A stretch of 32,407 bases of DNA from Candidatus Bipolaricaulota bacterium (GCA_021159405.1 JAGGRX010000021.1:1-32407); one strand, 5' to 3'; positions 8,956-17,126 are shown, counted from the stretch's first letter. Program-made: numbers and translations. The notes: generated by a model from the letters alone, not told the origin.

Positions 8956-9333
8956 CTACTTGAGTTCGACTTCTGCGCCAGCGGCCTCAAGCTTCTTCTT
9001 CAGCTCCTCGGCCTCATCGGGGCTTACGCCCGCCTTGATGACGGCGGGGAGCTTGTCCACAAGTTCTTTGCACTCCTTAAGCCCCTTTCCAGTGATCTCC
9101 TTTACCGCCTTGATGAGCTGGATCTTCTGCTGGCCGGCATTCGTTACCACGACGTCCACCGTGGACTTCTCCTCGGCAGCTCCCTCGGCCCCAGCCTGCG
9201 GGGCGGCCGCCACCGCCACGGGCACCGCCGCCTGGGCGGAAACCCCGAACCGCTCCTCGATGGCCGACACGAGCTCGGCCAGTTCCTTGACCGACATCTC
9301 CTCGATGGCCTGTAGGATCTCCTCTTTCGTCAT
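8956..9333 (-). CDS. rplL: 50S ribosomal protein L7/L12
   Basis: 125 aa: [22 protein letters not shown] ... [19 protein letters not shown] ... [14 protein letters not shown]. Confidence 0.95.
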   Translation of the reverse strand: MTKEEILQAIEEMSVKELAELVSAIEERFGVSAQAAVPVAVAAAPQAGAEGAAEEKSTVDVVVTNAGQQKIQLIKAVKEITGKGLKECKELVDKLPAVIKAGVSPDEAEELKKKLEAAGAEVELK

Positions 9334-9336
9334 CGC

Positions 9337-9861
9337 TCACCCCTTCTCTTCTTTTTGTTTTTTGACTTCCGCCAGGGCCACGGCCAGCCCCCGGATGATC
9401 CCCGCCAGGGCCACGGCCAGCTCCCGGATCGGCCCGGCCAGCCCCCCCGCCAGCCGCCCCAGGAGCTCTTCACGTGAGGGTAACGTGGCGTACCATTCCA
9501 CCTGTTCCGGAGGTACCGGCTCGCCCTCAAACAGGCCTGCCTTGATGCGGAAATGGCCGTATTTTTTGGTACACTCCTGGGCCACCTTATATGGGACCGT
9601 TGGGTCATCCCGACCCACGATGATGGCGTTCGGTCCCCGCAGGTAGTCCAGCAAGAACTCCGCCCCGGCTTGGCTGGCCGCGCGACGGGCCAGGGTGTTC
9701 TTGATAACGCGAAACTCCACCCCCCGCTTTCGCATCAGCCGGCGGAGCTCCACACACTCGTTTGCGGTAAGCCCCAGGTAGTCCACCAGCACCACGGACC
9801 GGGCCTGGGCTAGCTTTTCCTTCAACTCCTCCACTTGTGCGACCTTCTCCGGCCTCGGCAT
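9337..9861 (-). CDS. rplJ: 50S ribosomal protein L10
   Basis: 174 aa: MPRPEKVAQVEELKEKL ... VDYLGLTANECVELRRLMRKRGVEFRVIKNTLARRA. Sits in the canonical position between rplA and rplL. Confidence 0.95.
   Translation of the reverse strand: MPRPEKVAQVEELKEKLAQARSVVLVDYLGLTANECVELRRLMRKRGVEFRVIKNTLARRAASQAGAEFLLDYLRGPNAIIVGRDDPTVPYKVAQECTKKYGHFRIKAGLFEGEPVPPEQVEWYATLPSREELLGRLAGGLAGPIRELAVALAGIIRGLAVALAEVKKQKEEKG
9370..9435 (-). repeat. Tandem 33-bp duplication inside the rplJ 3' end (two 11-aa units of the L7/L12-binding helix)
   Basis: Unit 1 (9370-9402) is cgccagggccacggccagcccccggatgatccc. Unit 2 (9403-9435) is cgccagggccacggccagctcccggatcggccc. They differ at 4 of 33 positions. They encode GIIRGLAVALA and GPIRELAVALA. 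Confidence 0.8.
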
Positions 9862-9870
9862 CCTTCCCCC

Positions 9871-10572
9871 TTACACGCCCTGGGCCAATTTGACGAGCTC
9901 GCCCTCGTCCACGTGGATCCCGGGCCCCATGGTGGAGGAGATGGTCACCCGCTGGATGTACTTGCCTTTCGCCCCCTCGGGCTTCCGGTCCAGGATGGCC
10001 CGGGTGAGGGTGGCGAGGTTTTCCACGAGCTGATCCACCTCGAAGTCGACCCGCCCGAACGGGGCGTGCACGATCCCGTAGCGATCGGCGCGGAACTCGA
10101 TCATCCCCGCCTTGAGCTCCCGGACGAGCCTGCCGATGTCCTGGGTCACCGTCCCCGTTTTGGGGGAGGGCATGAGGCCCCGGGGGCCCAGGATCCGCCC
10201 GAGCTTCCCCACCAGGGGCATCATATCCGGCGTGGCCGCCACCCGGTCGAACTCCAGCCACCCCTCCCGGATCCGCTCGGCGAGCTCCTCGCCCCCCACG
10301 TAGTCGGCACCGGCTTCCTCCGCCTCCCGGATCTTCTCCCCCCGGGCGAACACCAGGACCCGCACCGTCTTTCCGGTCCCGTGAGGCAGGGAACACGCCC
10401 CCCGCACCATGTGCTGGGACGGATTTATCCCCAGATTAAACGCCGCCTCAGCCGTCTCGGGGAACCGGGCGGTGGCGAGCTTCTTCATGAGCTCAATCCC
10501 CTCCCGCACCGGATAGACCCGCTCCCGCTCCAGTGTGGCCACAAGCTCGCGGTACCTGCGGCTCCTTTTCAC
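9871..10572 (-). CDS. rplA: 50S ribosomal protein L1
   Basis: 233 aa: [27 protein letters not shown] ... [12 protein letters not shown] ... [25 protein letters not shown]. Confidence 0.95.
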   Translation of the reverse strand: MKRSRRYRELVATLERERVYPVREGIELMKKLATARFPETAEAAFNLGINPSQHMVRGACSLPHGTGKTVRVLVFARGEKIREAEEAGADYVGGEELAERIREGWLEFDRVAATPDMMPLVGKLGRILGPRGLMPSPKTGTVTQDIGRLVRELKAGMIEFRADRYGIVHAPFGRVDFEVDQLVENLATLTRAILDRKPEGAKGKYIQRVTISSTMGPGIHVDEGELVKLAQGV

Positions 10573-10997
10573 TTTACCACCTCGATCCCCATGTTCTTGG
10601 CCGTCCCGAGCACCGTGCGGATCGCCGCCTCCAGGTCCTCGGTGTTGAGATCGGGAAGCTTCCGCTCGGCGATGCGACGGACCTGCTCCATGGTCACCCG
10701 TCCCACCTTGAGGCGGTTGGGTTCCGGGGAGCCCTTCTCGATCCCCGCCGCCTTCTTCAGGAGCACCGCCACCGGAGGTGCCTTCAGCACGAAGTCGAAG
10801 GAGCGGTCCTGGTAGACGGTGATCTCCACCGGGATGATCAGGCCCGGCTCCTCATTCTTAGTAGCCTCGTTGAACCGCTTGCAGAACTCCATGATGTTTA
10901 CCTTGTGCTCGCCCAGGGCCGGGCCCACCGGCGGGGCGGGGTTGGCCTGCCCGGCCGGGATCTGTAGCTTTATCTTCGCCACTACGTTCTTTGCCAT
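10569..10997 (-). CDS. rplK: 50S ribosomal protein L11
   Basis: 142 aa: [36 protein letters not shown]. Overlaps the rplA start by 4 nt. Confidence 0.95.
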   Translation of the reverse strand: MAKNVVAKIKLQIPAGQANPAPPVGPALGEHKVNIMEFCKRFNEATKNEEPGLIIPVEITVYQDRSFDFVLKAPPVAVLLKKAAGIEKGSPEPNRLKVGRVTMEQVRRIAERKLPDLNTEDLEAAIRTVLGTAKNMGIEVVK

Positions 10998-11006
10998 CTT
11001 GCCTCC

Positions 11007-12107
11007 TCAAATCCTCTCGATGGCGTCAAAACCCAGGCGTACCGGCGTCTCCCGACCGAAGATCTTGACGGATACCACCACCTCTTCGGCTTCTTTGTCG
11101 ATCTCCTTGATCTCCCCGGTGAAGTCGGCGAACGGCCCTTCCACGATCTGCACCACCTCGCCGACCTCGAACTCCACCTCCACCTTGGGCGCCTTGGCCT
11201 TGGAAGGCGCCTCCTCCAGGCCGGCCTTCCGCTGGATTAAGAGCATCTCCCGTCCCTCGATGGGGATGGGCCGAAACCTGGATCCGACGAACCTCACGGA
11301 CCCCTCGAGCCCCCGCAGGAGCTCGAACATCTGCTCCTCGTCAAGGCCCATCTTGGCAAACACGTATCCTGGGATGAGCCGTCTTTTCTCGATCCTCTGG
11401 ACCGTGACCACCCGCTTGTCCTTGTACTCCTTCACCTTCACCAAGCCGGTGGCCCGGGAGTAAATCTTGTGCTCGCGCTCGATCTCCGCGCCTTTGGGCA
11501 GCTGTTGTCCCTCCCTGAGCCGGGGGGGGAGATAGGCCTCGGGGATGATGCGCCTTTCCTCGCTCCCATCCTCATAGCGAATGGTGACCCTCCTCACCCG
11601 CTCCCGGGCAACGATCTGTCCCTTGACATCGATCAGGTAGTGCTCGTCCGCATCGGGGGTGATCGGGATCCCGGGTCGCACCCGTTCCCCCACCCGGATG
11701 TCCCTGCGCAACCCCTTCTCCTGCGGCACCAGATATTCCACCTCGGCCCGGTTGGTGAGCTCCACTATGATCCGCCACAACGGCTCGATCTTCTCCACCG
11801 TGGCAGGCTGCGGAAGGTGCCGTGGGGCCCGCCGGGCGATGAGGTCACCCCGCTGGACCCGCTCGTTGGTCTTCACAAACAGCTCGTAGTCGTAGGGGAT
11901 CCGATACTCGCTCGAGCGCCCCCTGCGGGACCGGGAGGTGATCACTTCCTCCACCGGGACGAAGAAGTACTCCACCTCCCCGTTGGTCTTGATGGGCTCG
12001 AAATACCTCTCCCATCCGAGCTTGCGTACCCGCTCCTCAAGCTGGCGCTTCACGCGAAGCTCGGAACCCGCATAGGTCTGAATGGCATACCACTTCTTAC
12101 GCTGCAT
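11007..12107 (-). CDS. nusG: Transcription termination/antitermination factor NusG with a ~180-aa insertion inside the NGN domain
   Basis: N-terminal NGN start KKWYAIQTYAGSELRVKRQLE. The NGN resumes at RRLIPGYVFAKM...VRFVG. C-terminal KOW is FEVGEVVQIVEGPFADFTGEIKEID. Sits in the canonical secE-nusG-rplK position. Total 366 aa, versus about 180 aa for typical NusG. Confidence 0.9.
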   Translation of the reverse strand: MQRKKWYAIQTYAGSELRVKRQLEERVRKLGWERYFEPIKTNGEVEYFFVPVEEVITSRSRRGRSSEYRIPYDYELFVKTNERVQRGDLIARRAPRHLPQPATVEKIEPLWRIIVELTNRAEVEYLVPQEKGLRRDIRVGERVRPGIPITPDADEHYLIDVKGQIVARERVRRVTIRYEDGSEERRIIPEAYLPPRLREGQQLPKGAEIEREHKIYSRATGLVKVKEYKDKRVVTVQRIEKRRLIPGYVFAKMGLDEEQMFELLRGLEGSVRFVGSRFRPIPIEGREMLLIQRKAGLEEAPSKAKAPKVEVEFEVGEVVQIVEGPFADFTGEIKEIDKEAEEVVVSVKIFGRETPVRLGFDAIERI

Positions 12108-12119
12108 GGAAGTTCAACC

Positions 12120-12305
12120 CTACCCGATGAGGAGGCGTAGGATCTGCTGAAGAACGGCGTCCACCAGGCCCAGATACAGGCCAAGGGCCACCACCATGAG
12201 CACGATGAGCAAGGTGAAGGTGATGACCTCCCGCTTAGAGGGCCAGCTCACCCGCTGGACCTCCGCCCGAACGGCCGCCAAATATCTACGGATCCTTTCG
12301 ATCAT
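12120..12305 (-). CDS. secE: Preprotein translocase subunit SecE
   Basis: 61-aa form starting at ATG 12305: MIERIRRYLAAVRAEVQRVSWPSKREVITFTLLIVLMVVALGLYLGLVD. Single TM segment, canonical position. The longer track ORF (to 12389) would run into tRNA-Trp. Confidence 0.8.
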   Translation of the reverse strand: MIERIRRYLAAVRAEVQRVSWPSKREVITFTLLIVLMVVALGLYLGLVDAVLQQILRLLIG

Positions 12306-12359
12306 GCCTCCAACTTTCCGGCCCTTGCCCTCCACGCCTTGGGCCTGAAAAGCCTCCTT

Positions 12360-12435
12360 TGGCAGGCCCGGGAGGACTCGAACCCCCAACCTGCGGATTT
12401 GGAGTCCGCCGCTCTGCCAATTGAGCTACGGGCCT
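12360..12435 (-). tRNA. tRNA-Trp (anticodon CCA)
   Basis: Hand-folded. Acceptor AGGCCCG/CGGGCCT, anticodon stem GCGGA/TCCGC with loop CTCCAAA, T-loop GGTTCGAGTCC, encoded CCA. Canonical rpmG-tRNATrp-secE placement. Confidence 0.93.
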
Positions 12436-12444
12436 GCATCGCCC

Positions 12445-12606
12445 TTACACCTCTTTGTGCAGGGTATGCTTCCTGCACCACTTGCAGTACTTTTTAAGGG
12501 AAAGCTTCTCCCTGACGTTATTCCGATTTCGGCGCGTATGGTAGTTCCGCCTTCCGCACTCGGAACAGGCCAAGGTCACGTGCAATACTACGTCTTTTTT
12601 GGCCAT
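12445..12606 (-). CDS. rpmG: 50S ribosomal protein L33
   Basis: Not in the ORF track (53 aa). My translation is [53 protein letters not shown], with two CxxC pairs. Its ATG is separated from the tuf stop by 1 nt. Confidence 0.9.
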   Translation of the reverse strand: MAKKDVVLHVTLACSECGRRNYHTRRNRNNVREKLSLKKYCKWCRKHTLHKEV

Positions 12607-12607
12607 G

Positions 12608-13822
12608 TCACTTCAGGATCTTGGTCACCACCCCAGCTCCGACGGTACGGCCGCCCTCACGGATGGCGAACCTAAGGCCCTCTTCCATGGCGATGTGCTT
12701 GAGCAGCTTGCAGTGGAGGTTATCCACGTTGTCGCCGGGCATGACCATCTCGACCCCCTCCGGGAGGACGATCTCGCCCGTCACGTCCGTAGTGCGGAAG
12801 TAGAACTGGGGCTTGTAGCCGGTGAAGAACGGGGTATGACGGCCGCCTTCCTCCTTGGACAGGACGTACACCTGGGCCAGGAACTCGGTGTGGGGGGTGA
12901 TGGACCCAGGGGCGGCCAGGACCTGCCCCCGCTCCACCTCGTCCTTCTCAACTCCCCTGAGGAGCACCCCCACGTTGTCCCCGGCGATGGCCTCATCGAG
13001 CGTCTTGTTGAACATCTCGAGGCTTGTGGCCACCGTCTTTCGGATCTCGTCGGTGAGCCCCACGATTTCCACCTCTTCACCTGGACGGAGGCGACCCCGC
13101 TCCACCCGGCCGGTCACCACCGTGCCGCGCCCCTTGATGGAGAAGATGTCCTCGATGGGCATGAGGAAGGGCTTGTCCTCCTCACGCTTGGGAAGCGGGA
13201 TGTAGGTGTCCACGGCCTCCATGAGCTCCAGGATGGGCTTCACTGCGGGGTCATCCAAGGACTCCGCCTGGAGCGCCTTCAAAGCCGAACCCCGGATCAC
13301 CGGGATCTCGTCTCCGGGGAAGTCGTATTCGGAGAGGAGCTCACGTACCTCCATCTCCACCAAGTCCACGAGCTCCGGGTCGTCCACCATATCGACCTTG
13401 TTCAGGAACACCACGATGGCCGGCACGTTCACCTGCCGTGCCAGAAGCACATGTTCACGGGTCTGGGGCATGGGGCCGTCGGCCGCCGATACCACCAGGA
13501 TCGCCCCATCCATCTGCGCCGCACCGGTGATCATGTTCTTGATGTAGTCGGCGTGGCCAGGGCAGTCGATGTGGGCATAATGCCGGTTTTCGGTCTCGTA
13601 CTCCACGTGGGCGACGTTCACCGTAAGGATCTTTGTCTCATCCCGTCGGAACAACTTGGCGTCGGCCTTGGCCACCTCCTCGTAGGACCGCTCCCTGGCG
13701 AGCCCCTTCCAGGCCAATACCTTGGTGATGGCCGCGGTCAACGTGGTCTTCCCATGGTCGATGTGGCCGATGGTGCCCACATTCAGATGCGGTTTGGTCC
13801 GTACAAATTGCTCTTTTGCCAT
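12608..13822 (-). CDS. tuf: Elongation factor Tu
   Basis: 404 aa with [44 protein letters not shown] and SALKAL. AAGGAGG lies 7 nt upstream of the ATG. Confidence 0.97.
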   Translation of the reverse strand: MAKEQFVRTKPHLNVGTIGHIDHGKTTLTAAITKVLAWKGLARERSYEEVAKADAKLFRRDETKILTVNVAHVEYETENRHYAHIDCPGHADYIKNMITGAAQMDGAILVVSAADGPMPQTREHVLLARQVNVPAIVVFLNKVDMVDDPELVDLVEMEVRELLSEYDFPGDEIPVIRGSALKALQAESLDDPAVKPILELMEAVDTYIPLPKREEDKPFLMPIEDIFSIKGRGTVVTGRVERGRLRPGEEVEIVGLTDEIRKTVATSLEMFNKTLDEAIAGDNVGVLLRGVEKDEVERGQVLAAPGSITPHTEFLAQVYVLSKEEGGRHTPFFTGYKPQFYFRTTDVTGEIVLPEGVEMVMPGDNVDNLHCKLLKHIAMEEGLRFAIREGGRTVGAGVVTKILK

Positions 13823-13893
13823 CCTTCAACCTCCTTCTTGAGTGGCCGCTTTTATCATATGATGTCCGGGGAGTTGGCCACGCCCCTTCCACC

Positions 13894-13969
13894 TGGAGCC
13901 CGCGGTCGGAGTCGAACCGACGACCTTCCCATTACCAGCGGGATGCTCTACCTACTGAGCTACACGGGC
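13894..13969 (-). tRNA. tRNA-Thr (anticodon GGT)
   Basis: Hand-folded. Acceptor GCCCGTG/CGCGGGC, D-arm TAGCTCAGTAGGTAGAGC, anticodon loop CTGGTAA, T-loop GGTTCGACTCC, encoded CCA. Confidence 0.92.
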
Positions 13970-14019
13970 TCGCCTAAAAGTTTACCCCATAGCTCCCCTT
14001 GGGCCAACCTCCCCAAACT

Positions 14020-14106
14020 TGGTGGAGGGGGAGGGATTCGAACCCCCGAAGGCCTAAAGCCGCCGGGTTTACAGCCCGGTGCGTTTGGCCGCTTCGCTAC
14101 CCCTCC
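14020..14106 (-). tRNA. tRNA-Tyr (anticodon GTA), class II with long variable arm
   Basis: Acceptor GGAGGGG/CCCCTCC, anticodon stem CCGGG/CCCGG with loop CTGTAAA, long variable arm, T-loop GGTTCGAATCC, encoded CCA. Confidence 0.92.
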
Positions 14107-14130
14107 ACAGCACCCTACGGAAGCTTCCGC

Positions 14131-14182
14131 GGGGACCCCTTTATTTTACGGGGTCCCCAAAGGACCGCCAGGTCCTTTGGGG
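14131..14182 (-). other. Two overlapping, mutually exclusive GC-rich hairpins in the tRNA-Thr/tRNA-Tyr spacer
   Basis: Hairpin A: GGGGACCCC (14131-14139) pairs with GGGGTCCCC (14150-14158). Hairpin B: CCCCAAAGGACC (14155-14166) pairs with GGTCCTTTGGGG (14171-14182). They share CCCC at 14155-14158. Confidence 0.5.
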
Positions 14183-14188
14183 TAACTA

Positions 14189-14261
14189 AGCCAGTGGCCC
14201 GACTCGAACGGGCAACCCTCCGCTTACAAGGCGGATGCTCTACCACTTGAGCTACACTGGC
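14189..14261 (-). tRNA. tRNA-Thr (anticodon TGT); CCA not encoded
   Basis: Acceptor GCCAGTG/CACTGGC, D-arm TAGCTCAAGTGGTAGAGC, anticodon stem TCCGC/GCGGA with loop CTTGTAA, T-loop GTTCGAGTC. Confidence 0.9.
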
Positions 14262-14273
14262 CTGCCGATCGCA

Positions 14274-14301
14274 ATTCTAGTTCGTCCCTCCCCCCTGTCA
14301 A
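14274..14301 (-). promoter_or_regulatory. Near-consensus sigma70-type promoter for the tRNA-tuf operon
   Basis: On the minus strand: TTGACA (14301-14296), 16-nt spacer, TAGAAT (14279-14274). The -10 element ends 12 nt upstream of the mature tRNA-Thr(TGT) 5' end. Confidence 0.45.
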
Positions 14302-14386
14302 ATCGGTGCGCTGGATGCCCCGAAGGGGTCATGGCAATATTGTCTACAAGTAGCGCAGCGTTTCCAGGAGCGAAAGGAGGTACCGG

Positions 14387-17110
14387 ATGAAAGCCCATTG
14401 GGGCGGCCTTGTCGCTGTAGCCTTGGTGCAGTCCCTCTTATTTGGAGCTTCCCTCACCCCCTCTTACGAGATCGAGGTTCGTTTGGACACAGAGCAGCAT
14501 GTGCTCCTCGGCAGGGAAAGCATTCTCCTTGCGAATACCAGCGGTGAGGTGCTGGACGAGCTCTATCTCCACCTTTACCCGAATAGGTTCATGGATGAGT
14601 TGAGCATCTACGCCAGGGAAAAGGGGATCGATGCCTACGATCGGCTGTTCCCTGCGGGGCCCGATACGGGCTATATCTTCATCGAGGAGCTCACATTGAA
14701 CGGCGAGGCCTCTAGCTACACGATAGACGACACGATCATGCGGGTCGACTTGGAAAACCCGCTTTTGCCAGGCGATTCCATCCAGCTCCGGCTGAAGTTC
14801 CAGGTGAAGATCCCCCATGCAATCGCCAGGTTCGGCTACGACAGCGGAAACTACTACTTCTCCTGGTGGTATCCTCGACTGGCGGCCTACGATGAGGAGG
14901 GCTGGCACCCCTATCAGGCCTGCGGCACCTTCCCGGACGAGCCCTACGATAACTTCGCCTCCTACCGGGTAGGGATCACCGTGCCACACGGAATGGTGGT
15001 GGGGGCCACAGGAAACCTCGAGGCCTCCGTGGAAAACCCCGACGGCACCGAGAGGCTGATCTACACCGCGGAGAACGTCCACGACTTCGCCTGGGTCGCC
15101 GATCGACGGTATAAGGTGCAAACCGCTTCCTGGAACGGGATCACCATCCGCTCGCTCTACTTCCCGGAGGATGCCGCGGCCGGGAAGCGCGCCGTTCAGT
15201 ATGCCAAGGATGCCCTGGCCTACTTCAGCGCCCGCTACGGGGAGTACCCCTACAAGAACTTCACCGTCGCCGAGACCCGGATGGTCGGGGGAGCGATGGA
15301 GTATCCGCAACTCATCATGGTCACCTACCAGTTCTACCGCCTGCCCGCGTTTCTCACCGGCCTGGAGGAGGTGATCGCCCACGAGACCTCGCACCAGTGG
15401 TTCTACGGGATGCTGATGAACGATCAGACGAACGAGGCGTGGCTGGATGAGGGCTTCGCCACCTTCTCCGAGATTAGCTACATGGAATACAAATACGGAA
15501 GAGATGGAAACATGTTCGATCCCTCTGAGCTTGAAAAAATCCCGGTTGTCGGCCCTCTCCTTTTGGAGGCCGGTGCGGCGAAGTCCCTCCCAAGCGTGAG
15601 GGAGCAGACGTTGGTAGGTCCGTATATCGCAACTGCTCGATTGGGGACGGAGGCACCGCTCCTCACCCCACGGGATGAGATTGAGCCCGGAAAACAACCG
15701 CTCGTCTACCAACGAGGAGCACTTACCTTGTTTTCACTACAGTATCTGGTAGGAGAAGAGACCTTCGACAAAATTATCAAAACATACGTGGAACGCTATC
15801 GGTTCAAGCACGTGACAACGGGGGATTTCATCGAGGTGGCCGAGGAGGTGAGCGGCCAGGAGCTGGGATGGTTCTTCGACGAGTGGCTCCGCTCTACCGA
15901 GCGACTGGACTACGTGCTTGAAGGGGTGTCCACTCATAAGATCGGAGACAAGTGCGTCACCCGGGTGGCCATCCACAACGCGGGCGAGCTTCTGATGCCA
16001 GTCGGCGTTCAGGTGACCCTGAAGGGTGGGGAGGACGAGGAGAAGGTCAGCAAGCGGTTCTGGCCGCTTGACCGCCGGGGGACGCTCACCTTCGTCACCG
16101 ATCGGCCGGTCAAGTCCGTGGTGATCGACCCGGAGGGGCTCCTCCCCGACATCAACCCCGCGAACAACCGGCTCAGTCCCCCGCTCAACATCTCACCACT
16201 GGTGAAGCCAGAAACCCAGAGAGAGGATGGCCTCGTCGTGGGGATAAGCTTTTCCACTCCCGACGCCCGCATCGCTGGCGACCTCGGCTATGCCACGGGA
16301 ATCCAGAGGCCCGTTTACTCCTTAAGCTTTACCTCCTCTCCGTGGATCGAGGCAGGGAGGTTGACGGGGAGGGGAAGGGGCTTTAGTTTTCGCTTCAACC
16401 TCGCAAGCGATGGGCATGTCTTCTCCGCAGCGCTTAACGCTGGCCATCACTTCTCCGTTTGGATGTCGGACTCCGTCAAGTGGTTCAACGCCCTGGAGGC
16501 CCGGCCGTTCTACAAGAACCTCTACGATGCCCGCGGCGATCGGGGCATCGTAAGCGGGATAGAGCTGGACGAAAAATTCGCCCTGGAAAGCAAACAAGGC
16601 TGGAAGGCTTCCCTTAACCTGAATTATCAGGGCTCATTCGCTGCGTTGGGAAGTGACTTTCCTTTTGAGAAATGCTCCCTTGAAATGCGGCTGAGGCAGC
16701 GCATCTTTTGGCGTACCCACCTCAACGGGCGGCTATCCCTCGGCGTGCTCCAAGGGAAAACCCCCAGCGGTGAAGGTCGGTTCGACATCCGGAAGGATGC
16801 GGGCTTCCGCACCTTTTCCCGCAAGGATGAACTCGCAGTGGCCCTGAACCTCTCCCTTCACCTTCCCATCCGGCGGCTCAACAAGGTAGACCTCGGGCCG
16901 GTCCCGATCTCCTTCGGCCTCAGCATCTTCGGCGACCTCGGATGGTTTGGCGCCGGTCTCGACACGGTGCGCGCGGAGGCAGGTTGGGGGTTGACCTGCT
17001 CCCCGTATGGCTCTAACATCGGCCTCCGTTTGGAACAGGTTCTTTGGGTCAATACGAGCGAGGACGGGGGAAGCCCGGGATTCGCTGTACATGTTGATTT
17101 GGGTATGTAA
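14387..17110 (+). CDS. Secreted M1-family (gluzincin) metallopeptidase fused to a C-terminal predicted outer-membrane beta-barrel
   Basis: RBS AAAGGAGG is upstream. Signal peptide MKAHWGGLVAVALVQSLLFGA. HETSH at nt 15380-15394, with the third zinc ligand Glu in WLDEGFATF 19 residues after the second His. A beta-sandwich ends IDPEGLLPDINPANN. About 294 further residues (nt 16226-17107) consist of alternating-polarity strands. Confidence 0.85.
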   Translation: MKAHWGGLVAVALVQSLLFGASLTPSYEIEVRLDTEQHVLLGRESILLANTSGEVLDELYLHLYPNRFMDELSIYAREKGIDAYDRLFPAGPDTGYIFIEELTLNGEASSYTIDDTIMRVDLENPLLPGDSIQLRLKFQVKIPHAIARFGYDSGNYYFSWWYPRLAAYDEEGWHPYQACGTFPDEPYDNFASYRVGITVPHGMVVGATGNLEASVENPDGTERLIYTAENVHDFAWVADRRYKVQTASWNGITIRSLYFPEDAAAGKRAVQYAKDALAYFSARYGEYPYKNFTVAETRMVGGAMEYPQLIMVTYQFYRLPAFLTGLEEVIAHETSHQWFYGMLMNDQTNEAWLDEGFATFSEISYMEYKYGRDGNMFDPSELEKIPVVGPLLLEAGAAKSLPSVREQTLVGPYIATARLGTEAPLLTPRDEIEPGKQPLVYQRGALTLFSLQYLVGEETFDKIIKTYVERYRFKHVTTGDFIEVAEEVSGQELGWFFDEWLRSTERLDYVLEGVSTHKIGDKCVTRVAIHNAGELLMPVGVQVTLKGGEDEEKVSKRFWPLDRRGTLTFVTDRPVKSVVIDPEGLLPDINPANNRLSPPLNISPLVKPETQREDGLVVGISFSTPDARIAGDLGYATGIQRPVYSLSFTSSPWIEAGRLTGRGRGFSFRFNLASDGHVFSAALNAGHHFSVWMSDSVKWFNALEARPFYKNLYDARGDRGIVSGIELDEKFALESKQGWKASLNLNYQGSFAALGSDFPFEKCSLEMRLRQRIFWRTHLNGRLSLGVLQGKTPSGEGRFDIRKDAGFRTFSRKDELAVALNLSLHLPIRRLNKVDLGPVPISFGLSIFGDLGWFGAGLDTVRAEAGWGLTCSPYGSNIGLRLEQVLWVNTSEDGGSPGFAVHVDLGM

Positions 17111-17126
17111 TCAAAATGGGCAGAAG

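Noticed and set aside
13970-14019. Possible missing tRNA-Gly between tRNA-Tyr and tRNA-Thr(GGT), by analogy with E. coli thrU-tyrU-glyT-thrT
   Set aside because: The 50-nt spacer is too short for a tRNA and has no cloverleaf elements. It is simply a lineage difference.
12599-14185. 528-aa plus-strand ORF
   Set aside because: It runs antisense through tuf and straight across two tRNA genes, so it cannot be a real gene.
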